Positions 18,586-27,875 of a stretch of DNA of 64,000 bases are shown here, one piece after another (the first letter of the stretch is position 1; each line of letters starts with the position of its first letter). The stretch is from NCBI GenBank assembly GCA_964644505.1, contig CAZXXZ010000009.1, positions 4,366 through 68,365 on the forward strand, read 5' to 3'. Origin of the DNA: an uncultured Treponemataceae bacterium. GTDB taxonomy: Bacteria > Spirochaetota > Spirochaetia > Treponematales > Rectinemataceae. The notes under the pieces were generated by a model, which worked only from the letters and a program-made list of their open reading frames with translations, had not been told where the DNA came from and did no database searches. The translations under genes and the position numbers were made by a program.

Positions 18586-18620
18586 GAGTTGTGCCATCGT
18601 TGGCACAAGAAGGACATCGT

Positions 18621-19601
18621 GTGAGTACGATCAAGGACATAGCCCGCGAGGCGGGTTGCTCGATCCGCACCGTCTCCCGCGTTCTCAACGGCGCACACAA
18701 TGTCAGCGAAGAAACCCGGGCCAGGATTCTCGAGATAACGCGACTCCGCAACTACAGCCCCGATCCCCACGCCCAGTCGCTCAAGACAAAACGCAAGCGC
18801 ACGATCGGCATCGTTGTCAATTCGATCACGAGCGACGTCAACCGCCAACGCATCGAGATAATAACGCGGCTCTTCAACACGGCGGGGTATGCGATCCTCA
18901 TAAGCTATGCGGACGATATCTCGTCCGAGGAGGAGATCATACGACGCTTCGCCGTCCGGGCCGACGCCCTCATCCTCTTTACGAATCTCCAGACCGAGCG
19001 TTCCTCCGTGCTCGACGATCTTAAGTCCAGAGGTCTGCCCTTCATCCTCGTCGATCCGCCGGTCAAAGGCTCGTACCCCAGCATCCTCATAGATCGAGCC
19101 TCGGGCTACCGCGAAGCGGTGCGGCATCTTGTGTCGAAAGGACGGCGAAAGTTGGCCCTCGTCATCGAAGAGTTCCGCAGCGCCGACCGCATCGAGGGCT
19201 ACCGGCAGGGCCTCGCCGACACCGGCATCGACTTTGACGGCTCGCTCATCGTGCGTTCTGCGAAGAGTTTCCGCGGGGGGAGGGACGCGGCGGATGCCGT
19301 CCTCTTCCTCCTGCGCGAGCGGGGCATCGAGGCCGCGCTCTGCCATAACGACAAGGTCGCTGCCGGCATCCTCTCGTCGATCGCGGAGCGCGGTATCCGC
19401 GTCCCGGAGGATCTCGCCCTTGTCGGCTTCGACGACGACGACTACTCGGCCTATCTGATCCCGCCTTTGACGACTATTGTCCAGGGCGGGAGCGAGGTGG
19501 GCGTCGACATTTATGAGCAGCTGTACAACTGTCTGGAATTGAATAGGCCCATATCGAGCAGGATCTATCATACTTCGCTCGTGATCCGCCGCTCGACCTA
19601 G
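18621..19601 (+). CDS. LacI-family transcriptional regulator
   Basis: HTH STIKDIAREAGCSIRTVSRVLNG plus a PBP-like domain. GTG start at 18621 is preceded by GAAGGA; the track start is 18591. Confidence 0.9.
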   Translation: MSTIKDIAREAGCSIRTVSRVLNGAHNVSEETRARILEITRLRNYSPDPHAQSLKTKRKRTIGIVVNSITSDVNRQRIEIITRLFNTAGYAILISYADDISSEEEIIRRFAVRADALILFTNLQTERSSVLDDLKSRGLPFILVDPPVKGSYPSILIDRASGYREAVRHLVSKGRRKLALVIEEFRSADRIEGYRQGLADTGIDFDGSLIVRSAKSFRGGRDAADAVLFLLRERGIEAALCHNDKVAAGILSSIAERGIRVPEDLALVGFDDDDYSAYLIPPLTTIVQGGSEVGVDIYEQLYNCLELNRPISSRIYHTSLVIRRST

Positions 19602-19727
19602 AGTTTTGCAGGCGTTAAGGGATTTACCGGTTGCTGGCACGCCTCGAGTTTGTCGTCAACCGGCAAGGCGGTGCCGCGCCGAACTGTGATCGCCCGATCG
19701 CACTGGACGATCGGCCAAGGGGGGACG

Positions 19728-20993
19728 ATGCTCGTACACAAAGGCGGATCAAATCCGCTTCCGCAGTCAGAAGTTCGGGAAATCATCGAAGAGGGTCTTG
19801 CGCGGGAGAATCTCGACGGCGCTTCGGTTCTCTTCATCATTCCCGATTCGACTCGCAGCTTTCCGACGAATCTTGTTTTCACGACGATTCATCGTGCTTT
19901 GACGGGCAGGGCGCGCAAGCTCGACTTCCTCATCGCCCTGGGTACGCATAGGGCGATGAGCGACAAGGCGATCCGCGACATGATCGGTATTACCGAAGAA
20001 GAGGCGAGGACGAGGTATGCGGACGTTCGCTTTTTCAATCATGCCTGGGACGATCCTTCGGCCCTCCGTTCGATAGGCAGCATCAGTAAAGAAAGAATCG
20101 CGGAGTTGACCGAAGGCCGTTTCTCCCAGGATGTGCCTATCGCGGTCAACAAGCTGCTCTTCGACTACGACAAGGTGATCATCGTCGGACCGGTCTTCCC
20201 GCACGAGGTCGTGGGCTTCTCGGGCGGGCACAAGTATATCTTCCCCGGAGTCGGCGCGGCCGACTTCATCAATTTCTTCCACTGGTTCGCGGCCGTCATC
20301 ACGAATCCGAAAATAATCGGCAACAAGGACACCCCTGTCCGCGCCCTTATCGAGGAAGCCGCGTCAATGCTGGATTTCAAGGCCTCGGCCTTCTGCCTAT
20401 CGGTGGTGGGGCCCGAGCTCTACGGCATAGCCTATTCGGATTCGGTCTACGAGGCCTGGAGCGTGGCCTGTGAGCTTTCGAAGCAACTGCACATTCAGTA
20501 CTGCGACCATCCTTTCAAATCGGTGCTGGCCTGCGCCCCGCACATGTACGACGATCTGTGGACGGGCGGCAAGTGCGCCTACAAAACCGAGAGCGTGGTC
20601 GCCGACGGCGGCGAGATAATCATCTACGCCCCGCACATCACCGAGGTCTCCTACACCCACGGCGCCGTGCTCGACAAAATCGGCTATCACACGCGTGATT
20701 TTTTCCTCGCTCAGTGGGACAGGTACAAGGACTACCCCTGGGGGGTGGTCGCGCACTCGACCCATGTCAAGGGCATCGGGAGCTACGAAAACGGCATCGA
20801 AAAGCCGCGCATTTCGGTCAAGCTCGCGACCGGAATAAGCCGCGAAAGGTGCGAGAAAATCAATCTCGGATACGTCGACTGGCGGACGATCGACCCCAGA
20901 CAATGGCAGAGCAGGCCCGACCGGCTCTATCTCGAGCACGCCGGCGAGATGCTCTACAAACTCGAGAACCCGCCGGAGTGGCAGAAACTATAG
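19728..20993 (+). CDS. LarA-family (nickel-pincer-dependent 2-hydroxyacid racemase/epimerase) homologue
   Basis: DUF2088/LarA-like motifs: IIPDSTRSFP, ALGTHRAM, GPVFPHEVVGFSGGHKYIFPG (His and Lys at positions expected for the catalytic His and the cofactor-tethering Lys). Start taken at ATG 19728 (MLVHKGG) after a G-rich RBS; the track start is 19650. Confidence 0.8.
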   Translation: MLVHKGGSNPLPQSEVREIIEEGLARENLDGASVLFIIPDSTRSFPTNLVFTTIHRALTGRARKLDFLIALGTHRAMSDKAIRDMIGITEEEARTRYADVRFFNHAWDDPSALRSIGSISKERIAELTEGRFSQDVPIAVNKLLFDYDKVIIVGPVFPHEVVGFSGGHKYIFPGVGAADFINFFHWFAAVITNPKIIGNKDTPVRALIEEAASMLDFKASAFCLSVVGPELYGIAYSDSVYEAWSVACELSKQLHIQYCDHPFKSVLACAPHMYDDLWTGGKCAYKTESVVADGGEIIIYAPHITEVSYTHGAVLDKIGYHTRDFFLAQWDRYKDYPWGVVAHSTHVKGIGSYENGIEKPRISVKLATGISRERCEKINLGYVDWRTIDPRQWQSRPDRLYLEHAGEMLYKLENPPEWQKL

Positions 20994-21036
20994 TGTGATT
21001 TTTTTATCCCGTTTGGAACAATAGTGGAGGTAGTGC

Positions 21037-22491
21037 ATGGATAAGGCTGACATCGGGCTCATAGGGCTCGCGGTGATGGGCGAGAATCTCGTCCTCAACA
21101 TGGAAAGCAAGGGCTTCACGGTGGCGGTGTTCAACCGGACGGTCTCGAAGGTCGACGACTTCGTCGTCTCGGGACGCGGCAGGGGGAAGAAGATCATCGG
21201 CTGTCATTCCCTCCAGGAACTGACCGGCGCCCTCAAATCGCCCCGGAAGGTCATGCTGATGGTCAAGGCGGGGCAGGCGGTCGACGAGGGGATCGAGCAG
21301 CTCATCCCCCTCCTCTCGCCGGGCGACATCATCATCGACGGCGGAAACTCGAACTACGAGGATACGATCCGCAGGACGGCCTACGTCGAGTCCAAAGGGC
21401 TTTTGTACATCGGCACGGGCGTCTCGGGCGGCGAAGAAGGCGCCCTCCTCGGCCCCTCGATCATGCCGGGCGGTTCCAGGGCCGCATGGCCCGCGGTCAA
21501 GCCGATCTTCCAGGCCATCGCCGCCAAGGTCGCTGACGGCTCGCCCTGCTGCGACTGGGTCGGCGACAACGGGGCCGGCCACTTCGTGAAGATGGTGCAC
21601 AACGGCATCGAGTACGGAGACATGCAGCTCATCTGCGAGGTCTACCAGATTATGCGCGACGTCCTGCTCATGAGCGCGAGCCAGATGCACGAGGTCTTCA
21701 AGGAGTGGAACGAGGGCGACCTCGGCTCCTATCTCATCGAGATCACGCGTGACATTCTGGCCTACAAGGACGCGGACGGCTCGCCCCTGGTCGACAAGAT
21801 CCTCGACACGGCGGGCCAGAAGGGCACGGGCAAGTGGACGGGCATAGCGGCCCTGAACCAGGCGGTCCCGCTGACCCTCATAACCGAGGCGGTGTTCGCG
21901 CGCTGCCTGTCCGCGGCCAAGGACGAGCGCGTCGCCGCCGCGAAAGTATTCGGAGGCACGAAGAGCGCTTTCGCCGGAGACACGAAGGCGTTTATTAACG
22001 CACTGCGCGACGCCCTGTACGCCTCGAAGATCGTCTCCTACGCCCAGGGCTATCAGCTTATGCGAGCTGCGGCGGCCGAGTACAACTGGGACCTGAACTA
22101 CGGCGGCATCGCGCTTTTATGGCGCGGCGGCTGCATCATCCGCTCAGTCTTCCTGGGAAAGATCAAGGAAGCCTTCGACAAGAATCCGACTCTCACGAAC
22201 CTGCTGCTCGATCCCTTCTTCAAGGAGAAAATTCTCAAGGCCGAATCGGGCTGGCGCGAGGTGGTCTCGACGGCGGTCAAGAACGGGATCCCTGTTCCAG
22301 CGCTTTCCTCCGCCCTCTCGTATTTCGACGGCTATCGCTGCGAACGCCTGCCCGCGAATCTTCTCCAGGCCCAGCGCGACTACTTCGGCGCCCACACCTA
22401 CGAGCGCGTCGACAGGCCCCGCGGCGAGTTCTTCCACACGAACTGGACCGGCCGCGGCGGCACGACGGCCTCGACAACCTACAATGCGTAA
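21037..22491 (+). CDS. gnd: 6-phosphogluconate dehydrogenase (decarboxylating)
   Basis: 484 aa. IGLIGLAVMGENLVLNMESKGF Rossmann N-terminus, Gnd-like throughout. Confidence 0.95.
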   Translation: MDKADIGLIGLAVMGENLVLNMESKGFTVAVFNRTVSKVDDFVVSGRGRGKKIIGCHSLQELTGALKSPRKVMLMVKAGQAVDEGIEQLIPLLSPGDIIIDGGNSNYEDTIRRTAYVESKGLLYIGTGVSGGEEGALLGPSIMPGGSRAAWPAVKPIFQAIAAKVADGSPCCDWVGDNGAGHFVKMVHNGIEYGDMQLICEVYQIMRDVLLMSASQMHEVFKEWNEGDLGSYLIEITRDILAYKDADGSPLVDKILDTAGQKGTGKWTGIAALNQAVPLTLITEAVFARCLSAAKDERVAAAKVFGGTKSAFAGDTKAFINALRDALYASKIVSYAQGYQLMRAAAAEYNWDLNYGGIALLWRGGCIIRSVFLGKIKEAFDKNPTLTNLLLDPFFKEKILKAESGWREVVSTAVKNGIPVPALSSALSYFDGYRCERLPANLLQAQRDYFGAHTYERVDRPRGEFFHTNWTGRGGTTASTTYNA

Positions 22492-22502
22492 GGAGCAGTA
22501 AG

Positions 22503-23621
22503 ATGTCCTCATTGACCATTCCGTCCGCACAGGGCAAAAAACACGATTTTCTCGCCTTAGGCGCTCTTGTGACCCGCCTCGACCCCGGCGTCGTTCCGTT
22601 TTCGATGGCGAATCACTACGATCTTCACGTCTCGGGGGGCGAGTACAATGTCGCGGCCAACCTCTCGCGCTGCTTCGGCATGAAGACGGCGATCGCCAGC
22701 GCCATGGTCGACGGGCTCCCCACCGCCCTCAAGGTGCAGAACTGCGTACGCGAGGCCGGAGTCGAGGCCTACTATGTCCGTTTCAAGCACGACGGCGTGC
22801 GCGGACCCAACATCGCCCAGGTCTGGTCGGACCGCGGCAAGGGAGTCCGCGCACCGGTAGTTTTTTATAACCGAGCGAACGAGGCCGCGGGCCTCCTCAA
22901 GCCCGGCAGCTTCGACTGGAAATCCATCATCGGATCGAGCCCGGCCGACGCGAAGGTGCGGTGGTTCCACTCGGGCGGGATCTTCTCGGCCCTCTCGCCG
23001 ACGACGCCCGAACTCGTCATCGAGGCGATGAAGGCGGCCAAGGCCGCGGGCTGCGTCACCTCGTTCGACCTCAATTACCGCGCGAAACTGTGGAACGCAG
23101 CGGGCGTCGAAGCCCCTCCCCTCCTATCGCGCATCGTCGAACTGACCGACGTTCTCGTCGGCAACGAGGAGGATCTCCAGCTCGGCCTGGGGCTCGAGGG
23201 GCCGAAGGTGGACAAGGCCGCGAGCGCCCCGGCCGCCTCGTCGAAACTCGACCCGGCGGTCTTCCTCGGCATGATGGATCAGGTGAAGAAACGATTCCCG
23301 AATGTCAAGGCCGTCGCGACCACCTTGCGCGATGTGCATTCCACGGACAGGCACAGCTGGAGCGCCGTGCTCTGGATCGAGGGGGAAAGCTACGTCGCGC
23401 CGACCTGCGAGCTCGATGTCTACGACCGCGTGGGCGGCGGCGACGGTTTCGCGGCCGGCCTTTTCTACGGCCTCATGGCCGGAAAATCCGCCGAAGAATC
23501 GCTGCGCCTGGGCTGGGCGCACGGCGCTCTCCTGACGACCTTCCCCGGCGACACGACCATGGCGACGCTCGAGCAGGTAGAGTCCTTCGCCAAGGGCGGC
23601 TCGGCGCGGATCCAGAGGTAG
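22503..23621 (+). CDS. PfkB-family sugar(-acid) kinase, 2-dehydro-3-deoxygluconokinase-like
   Basis: GGEYNVA and DRVGGGDGFAAG motifs. ATG at 22503 is preceded by AAGGAG. The upstream part of the track ORF (from 22119) overlaps gnd and was discarded. Confidence 0.85.
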   Translation: MSSLTIPSAQGKKHDFLALGALVTRLDPGVVPFSMANHYDLHVSGGEYNVAANLSRCFGMKTAIASAMVDGLPTALKVQNCVREAGVEAYYVRFKHDGVRGPNIAQVWSDRGKGVRAPVVFYNRANEAAGLLKPGSFDWKSIIGSSPADAKVRWFHSGGIFSALSPTTPELVIEAMKAAKAAGCVTSFDLNYRAKLWNAAGVEAPPLLSRIVELTDVLVGNEEDLQLGLGLEGPKVDKAASAPAASSKLDPAVFLGMMDQVKKRFPNVKAVATTLRDVHSTDRHSWSAVLWIEGESYVAPTCELDVYDRVGGGDGFAAGLFYGLMAGKSAEESLRLGWAHGALLTTFPGDTTMATLEQVESFAKGGSARIQR

Positions 23622-23625
23622 GCCG

Positions 23626-25236
23626 ATGAAACTCAACGCACGATCGCTGGACGCAAAAAAAGTCTGGACGGACGCGGGCTTCGAGCTGCCCGCCTACGAC
23701 CGCGCCGCCGTGGCCGCGAATACCGGGAAGGCGCCCGAGTGGCTGCATTTCGGAGCCGGCAATATCTTCCGCGCCTTCCCCGCCGCCCTGCAGCAGACTC
23801 TCCTGAATCAGGGCAAGAGCGGCACGGGGATTGTCGTCGCCGAGGGTTTCGATTACGAGATCATCGAAAAGGCCTACCGCCCCTTTGACAACCTTTCCGT
23901 CCTCGTGCTGCTCAAATCCGACGGCACAATCGAAAAAAAGCTGATCGGTTCGGTCGTCGAATCCCTCGTCGCCGATTCCGCGCACGGCGACTGGAAGCGG
24001 CTTGTCGAAGTCTTCACGAAAACGACGCTCAAAATGGCGAGCTTCACCATCACCGAGAAGGGCTACAGCCTCGTGAATGCCCAGGGCGCATTCATCCCCG
24101 ATGTGGAGGCCGACCTCGCGGCGGGCCCCTCCGCCCCGAAAAGCATCATGGGCAAGCTCGCCGCGCTCTGTCTGGAGCGGTACAAGGCCGGGGCAGCCCC
24201 CCTCGCCCTCGTCAGCATGGACAACTGCTCGCACAACGGCTCGAGGCTCTACGAAGCCGTCCACACGATCGCCTCCACGTGGGTGGAGGCCGGATTCGCG
24301 GACAAGGGCTTCCTCGGCTATGTCGAAAACCAGTCGAAGCTCTCCTTCCCCTGGAGCATGATCGACAAGATCACGCCGAGACCCGACGAAGGCGTTCGCG
24401 CCAGACTCGTCAGAGACGGCTACGAGAGCGCCGACATCATCGTCACCGCGAAGAAGACCTACACCGCTTCATTCGTCAACGCGGAGGAAAAAGAGTACCT
24501 CGTCATCGAAGACCTCTTCCCGAACGGCAGACCTCCCCTCGATGCGGCCGGCGTAATATTCACCGACCGCGCGACGGTCGACCGTGTCGAAAAAATGAAG
24601 GTCTGCACCTGCCTCAATCCACTGCACACGAGCCTCGCGGTCTTCGGCTGTCTTCTGGGATATACGACGATTCACGACGAAATGAACGATCCCGAACTGG
24701 TCGCGCTCGTCGAACGCGTCGGCTATACGGAGGGACTGCCCGTGGTCGTCGATCCCGGCATCATGGACCCGAGAAAATTCATCGACGACGTCGTCAAGGT
24801 CCGCCTGCCCAATCCCTTCATGCCGGACGCGCCGCAACGCATCGCCACGGATACATCGCAGAAGCTGGGCATTCGCTTCGGAGAGACGATCAAGGCCTAC
24901 CTCGCGCGATCGAAGGAATCGGTCCGGGAACTCAAGGCCATCCCTCTCGTGCTCGCCGGCTGGTGCCGCTACCTCATGGGCGTCGACGACGAGGGAAGGA
25001 CCTTCGAACCGAGCCCCGACCCCCTGCTCGAAAGTTCGCGGAAACATGTAGCCGGAATTAAACTCGGCGATCCGGGCCCCTTCCACGCTCGACTGGAAGG
25101 ACTCTTGTCGAACGAAAAGATCTTCGGCATCGACCTGTACAAGGCGGGACTCGGGGAAAAAGTCGAGTCGTACTTCGCCGACCTCGTCGCAGGCAGAGGG
25201 GCCGTACGGGCGACTCTGAGGAAATATCTCTCTTGA
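23626..25236 (+). CDS. Mannitol-dehydrogenase-family oxidoreductase (fructuronate/tagaturonate reductase-like, UxuB/UxaB type)
   Basis: 536 aa. N-terminal WLHFGAGNIFRAF dinucleotide-binding motif typical of the long-chain mannitol dehydrogenase family. Confidence 0.85.
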   Translation: MKLNARSLDAKKVWTDAGFELPAYDRAAVAANTGKAPEWLHFGAGNIFRAFPAALQQTLLNQGKSGTGIVVAEGFDYEIIEKAYRPFDNLSVLVLLKSDGTIEKKLIGSVVESLVADSAHGDWKRLVEVFTKTTLKMASFTITEKGYSLVNAQGAFIPDVEADLAAGPSAPKSIMGKLAALCLERYKAGAAPLALVSMDNCSHNGSRLYEAVHTIASTWVEAGFADKGFLGYVENQSKLSFPWSMIDKITPRPDEGVRARLVRDGYESADIIVTAKKTYTASFVNAEEKEYLVIEDLFPNGRPPLDAAGVIFTDRATVDRVEKMKVCTCLNPLHTSLAVFGCLLGYTTIHDEMNDPELVALVERVGYTEGLPVVVDPGIMDPRKFIDDVVKVRLPNPFMPDAPQRIATDTSQKLGIRFGETIKAYLARSKESVRELKAIPLVLAGWCRYLMGVDDEGRTFEPSPDPLLESSRKHVAGIKLGDPGPFHARLEGLLSNEKIFGIDLYKAGLGEKVESYFADLVAGRGAVRATLRKYLS

Positions 25237-25260
25237 ATGCTTAAGTATGACAAGGGGACG

Positions 25261-25338
25261 AGGTCAAATCTTAAAAACCAAGCGGGTTTTTTTGAGATCC
25301 CCATAAGCCGGGGCCGTTTGTATTTTAAGGGAAACGGC
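25261..25338. repeat. Two intergenic hairpins: a repeat-family copy (25261-25302, ...TTGAGATCCCC) and GGCCGTTT-loop-AAACGGCC (25311-25338)
   Basis: Read directly, downstream of the reductase gene stop. Possible terminators. Confidence 0.45.
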
Positions 25339-25431
25339 CTGCGGCTTACTTGAAACATTCCGCGTTTTTCACTACAAGTAGTTGGGTACGGACCGCCCTG
25401 CCCCTCGATCCCCTGCACAAGGAGACCTGAA

Positions 25432-27258
25432 ATGACTCTCGATTCTCTTAAGCACAGCAGACTCAAGGCTTGGATCAGCGATTTCGCCGCTATCGCGACC
25501 CCCGACAGTGTGGAGATATGCGACGGCTCGAAGGCCGAGTACGACCGCATGATCAAGATCACCGTGGATTCCGGGATGGCGACCCCGCTCAATCCCGCAA
25601 AGAAGCCCGGTTGCGTAGCTTTCCGCTCCGATCCCACGGATGTAGCCCGCGTCGAAAACAGGACCTATATCGCGTCGAAAACGAAGGATGATGCCGGTCC
25701 GACGAACAACTGGATCGACCCCGTCGAGCTCAAGAAAATCATGATGGATCTCTACAAGGGTTGCATGAAGGGGAGGACCATGTACGTCATTCCCTTCTCC
25801 ATGGGCCCCATCGGCAGCCCCATCGCCAAGATCGGCGTCGAGATCACCGACAGTCCCTACGTCGTCGCCAACATGCACATCATGACCCGCGTGGGTACAA
25901 AGGTTCTCGACATCCTCGGCACCGACGGCGAGTACGTGCCCTGTTATCACTCGGTCGGCAAGCCCCTCGGCCCCGGCGAGTCCGACAACGGCAAGTGGCC
26001 CTGCGCCCCCCTCGACAAAAAGTACATATCGCACTTCCCGGAAACCCGCGAGATCTGGTCCTACGGTTCCGGGTACGGCGGAAACGCCCTCCTCGGCAAA
26101 AAATGCCTCGCGCTTCGAATCGCCTCGGTCCAGGCCCGCGACGAGGGTTGGCTCGCCGAGCACATGCTCATCCTCAAAATCACGAACCCCGCGGGCGAGA
26201 GCAAGTTCATCGCAGCGGCCTTCCCCTCGGCCTGCGGCAAGACCAACCTCGCCATGCTCGTCCCCACCATCCCCGGCTGGAAGGTCGAGACGATCGGCGA
26301 CGACATCGCATGGATGAAATTCGGTAAGGACGGCAGACTGTACGCGATCAATCCCGAGGCGGGCTTCTTCGGCGTCGCGCCCGGCACCAGCATGGAGTCG
26401 AATCCCAACGCCATGATCGCCGCGAGCAAGAACACCATCTTCACCAACTGCGTCGTCACCGAGGACAAGGACATCTGGTGGGAGCAGATCGGCTATCCCG
26501 CCCCCGCCGGCAAGAACATCGACTGGAAGGGCAACGAGTGGCACGAGGGCATGAAGGACGCCGAGGGCAAGCCGATTCTCGGCGCCCATCCGAACGCGCG
26601 CTTCACAGCCCCCGCCGCCCAGTGCCCCTGCATCGCCAAGGAGTGGGAAGATCCGAACGGCGTGCCCATCTCCGCCTTCCTCTTCGGCGGCCGCAGGCCC
26701 AGCACCATCCCCCTCGTGCACATGGCCCGCGACTGGAACCACGGTGTCTTCCTCGGTTCGATCGTGGGATCGGAGATCACCGCGGCCGCCCTCGACCTCA
26801 AAGTCGGGACCATCCGCCGCGATCCCTTCGCCATGCTTCCCTTCTGCGGCTATCACATGGGCGATTACTTCCAGCACTGGATCAACATCGGAAAGAGAAC
26901 GAGCCCCGACAAACTTCCCAAGATATTCATGGTCAACTGGTTCCGCAAAAAGGACGGCAAGTTCGCCTGGCCCGGCTACGGCGAAAACAGCCGCGTCCTC
27001 AAGTGGATTTTCGAGGCCTGCGCCGGTACGGCGAAGATGCAGGAAACAGCGATCGGCTTTATGCCGACGCCCGACGCCATCGATCCGCCGGCCGGTGTGA
27101 GCAGGGAGACTCTCGCCGAGATACTCTCGGTCGACAAGGAAGGCTGGCTCAAGGAGATCGAGGATATCCGGAAAGAGCATTATCCGAAGTTCGGCGATCG
27201 GCTTCCGAAGGAGCTGAACGCCCTTCTGGACACGCTCGAGAATAACTTGAAGAAGTAA
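25432..27258 (+). CDS. pckG: Phosphoenolpyruvate carboxykinase (GTP)
   Basis: 608 aa, GTP-type PEPCK sequence throughout ([10 protein letters not shown]-loop). AAGGAGA upstream. Confidence 0.97.
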   Translation: MTLDSLKHSRLKAWISDFAAIATPDSVEICDGSKAEYDRMIKITVDSGMATPLNPAKKPGCVAFRSDPTDVARVENRTYIASKTKDDAGPTNNWIDPVELKKIMMDLYKGCMKGRTMYVIPFSMGPIGSPIAKIGVEITDSPYVVANMHIMTRVGTKVLDILGTDGEYVPCYHSVGKPLGPGESDNGKWPCAPLDKKYISHFPETREIWSYGSGYGGNALLGKKCLALRIASVQARDEGWLAEHMLILKITNPAGESKFIAAAFPSACGKTNLAMLVPTIPGWKVETIGDDIAWMKFGKDGRLYAINPEAGFFGVAPGTSMESNPNAMIAASKNTIFTNCVVTEDKDIWWEQIGYPAPAGKNIDWKGNEWHEGMKDAEGKPILGAHPNARFTAPAAQCPCIAKEWEDPNGVPISAFLFGGRRPSTIPLVHMARDWNHGVFLGSIVGSEITAAALDLKVGTIRRDPFAMLPFCGYHMGDYFQHWINIGKRTSPDKLPKIFMVNWFRKKDGKFAWPGYGENSRVLKWIFEACAGTAKMQETAIGFMPTPDAIDPPAGVSRETLAEILSVDKEGWLKEIEDIRKEHYPKFGDRLPKELNALLDTLENNLKK

Positions 27259-27295
27259 CAATCCCTTCGACGCGATTTTCAGCATCATGCAGCGC

Positions 27296-27334
27296 AAACC
27301 CGCCGGTTTTAGCCGGCGGGTTTTTCTTTTTTTT
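27296..27334 (+). terminator. Rho-independent terminator of pckG
   Basis: 11-bp perfect stem AAACCCGCCGG / CCGGCGGGTTT, 6-nt loop, followed by TTCTTTTTTTT. Confidence 0.85.
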
Positions 27335-27419
27335 AAGACAGATATTTCCGCCGACGCGATGATATACTTTTCTCCATCCTCTCGGCATTATCCGGCTCCC
27401 GACTTGGACAGGAGGAAGT

Positions 27420-27875
27420 ATGGCAAAAACGAAGATCATTCCATCAGTCCGAAGAATCACCGTCGACGAAAAGCTTTCCGACGATCTCATCCGCCTCGAG
27501 ATATGCACCCTGAAGTGCTGGAACGATGCGACGGGCGAGTTCGTGGACCTGCCGGACGATTGGCTGTGCTCCGATGACGCTTATCCGCTGGCGTGCCCCT
27601 CGGCCGGAGACGGAGCCGGGAGACGCTACTATGTCGAGTTCATGGGTATACCTGAGTCGATGACGGGAAAGTACCCATGGAACAGCTTGCACGAGGGTCA
27701 AGTCTTTCTTTCAGGCGAATTCCGTATCGAACGCAGTTCTGAAGAAGGTGCCGAGAGTGTACGGTTCTTCGTGAGCCCCGGGAATTCGGCCTTCGAGCGG
27801 ATCGACGACATGGTGAAGCGGTGGACGAAAACTTTGTATTACGAAGTCATCGCCGGAGGATCGAATCATGGCTGA
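27420..27875 (+). CDS. Hypothetical protein (151 aa), translationally coupled to the MBL-fold gene
   Basis: AGGAGGA RBS. No TM segment, signal peptide or motif that I recognise. Stop codon overlaps the downstream start (ATGGCTGA). Confidence 0.65.
   Translation: MAKTKIIPSVRRITVDEKLSDDLIRLEICTLKCWNDATGEFVDLPDDWLCSDDAYPLACPSAGDGAGRRYYVEFMGIPESMTGKYPWNSLHEGQVFLSGEFRIERSSEEGAESVRFFVSPGNSAFERIDDMVKRWTKTLYYEVIAGGSNHG

Noticed and set aside
17874-19640. 588-aa minus-strand ORF spanning the MCP 3' end, an intergenic region and the LacI gene
   Set aside because: It crosses a repeat-filled intergenic region and opposes two well-supported genes. No motifs were found.
19630-19660. Possible sigma54 promoter (TGGCAC at 19636-19641) upstream of the LarA gene
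   Set aside because: No TTGC element lies at the required 5-nt spacing after TGGCAC (the sequence reads TGGCACgcctcGAGT), so it does not fit the -24/-12 consensus.
22119-22502. Upstream extension of the PfkB kinase ORF
   Set aside because: It overlaps the 3' end of gnd. A good RBS plus ATG at 22503 follows immediately after the gnd stop codon.
25372-27297. 641-aa minus-strand ORF
   Set aside because: It is antisense to the unambiguous pckG gene and has shadow-frame composition (Gly/Ala/Arg/Val-rich, no motifs).
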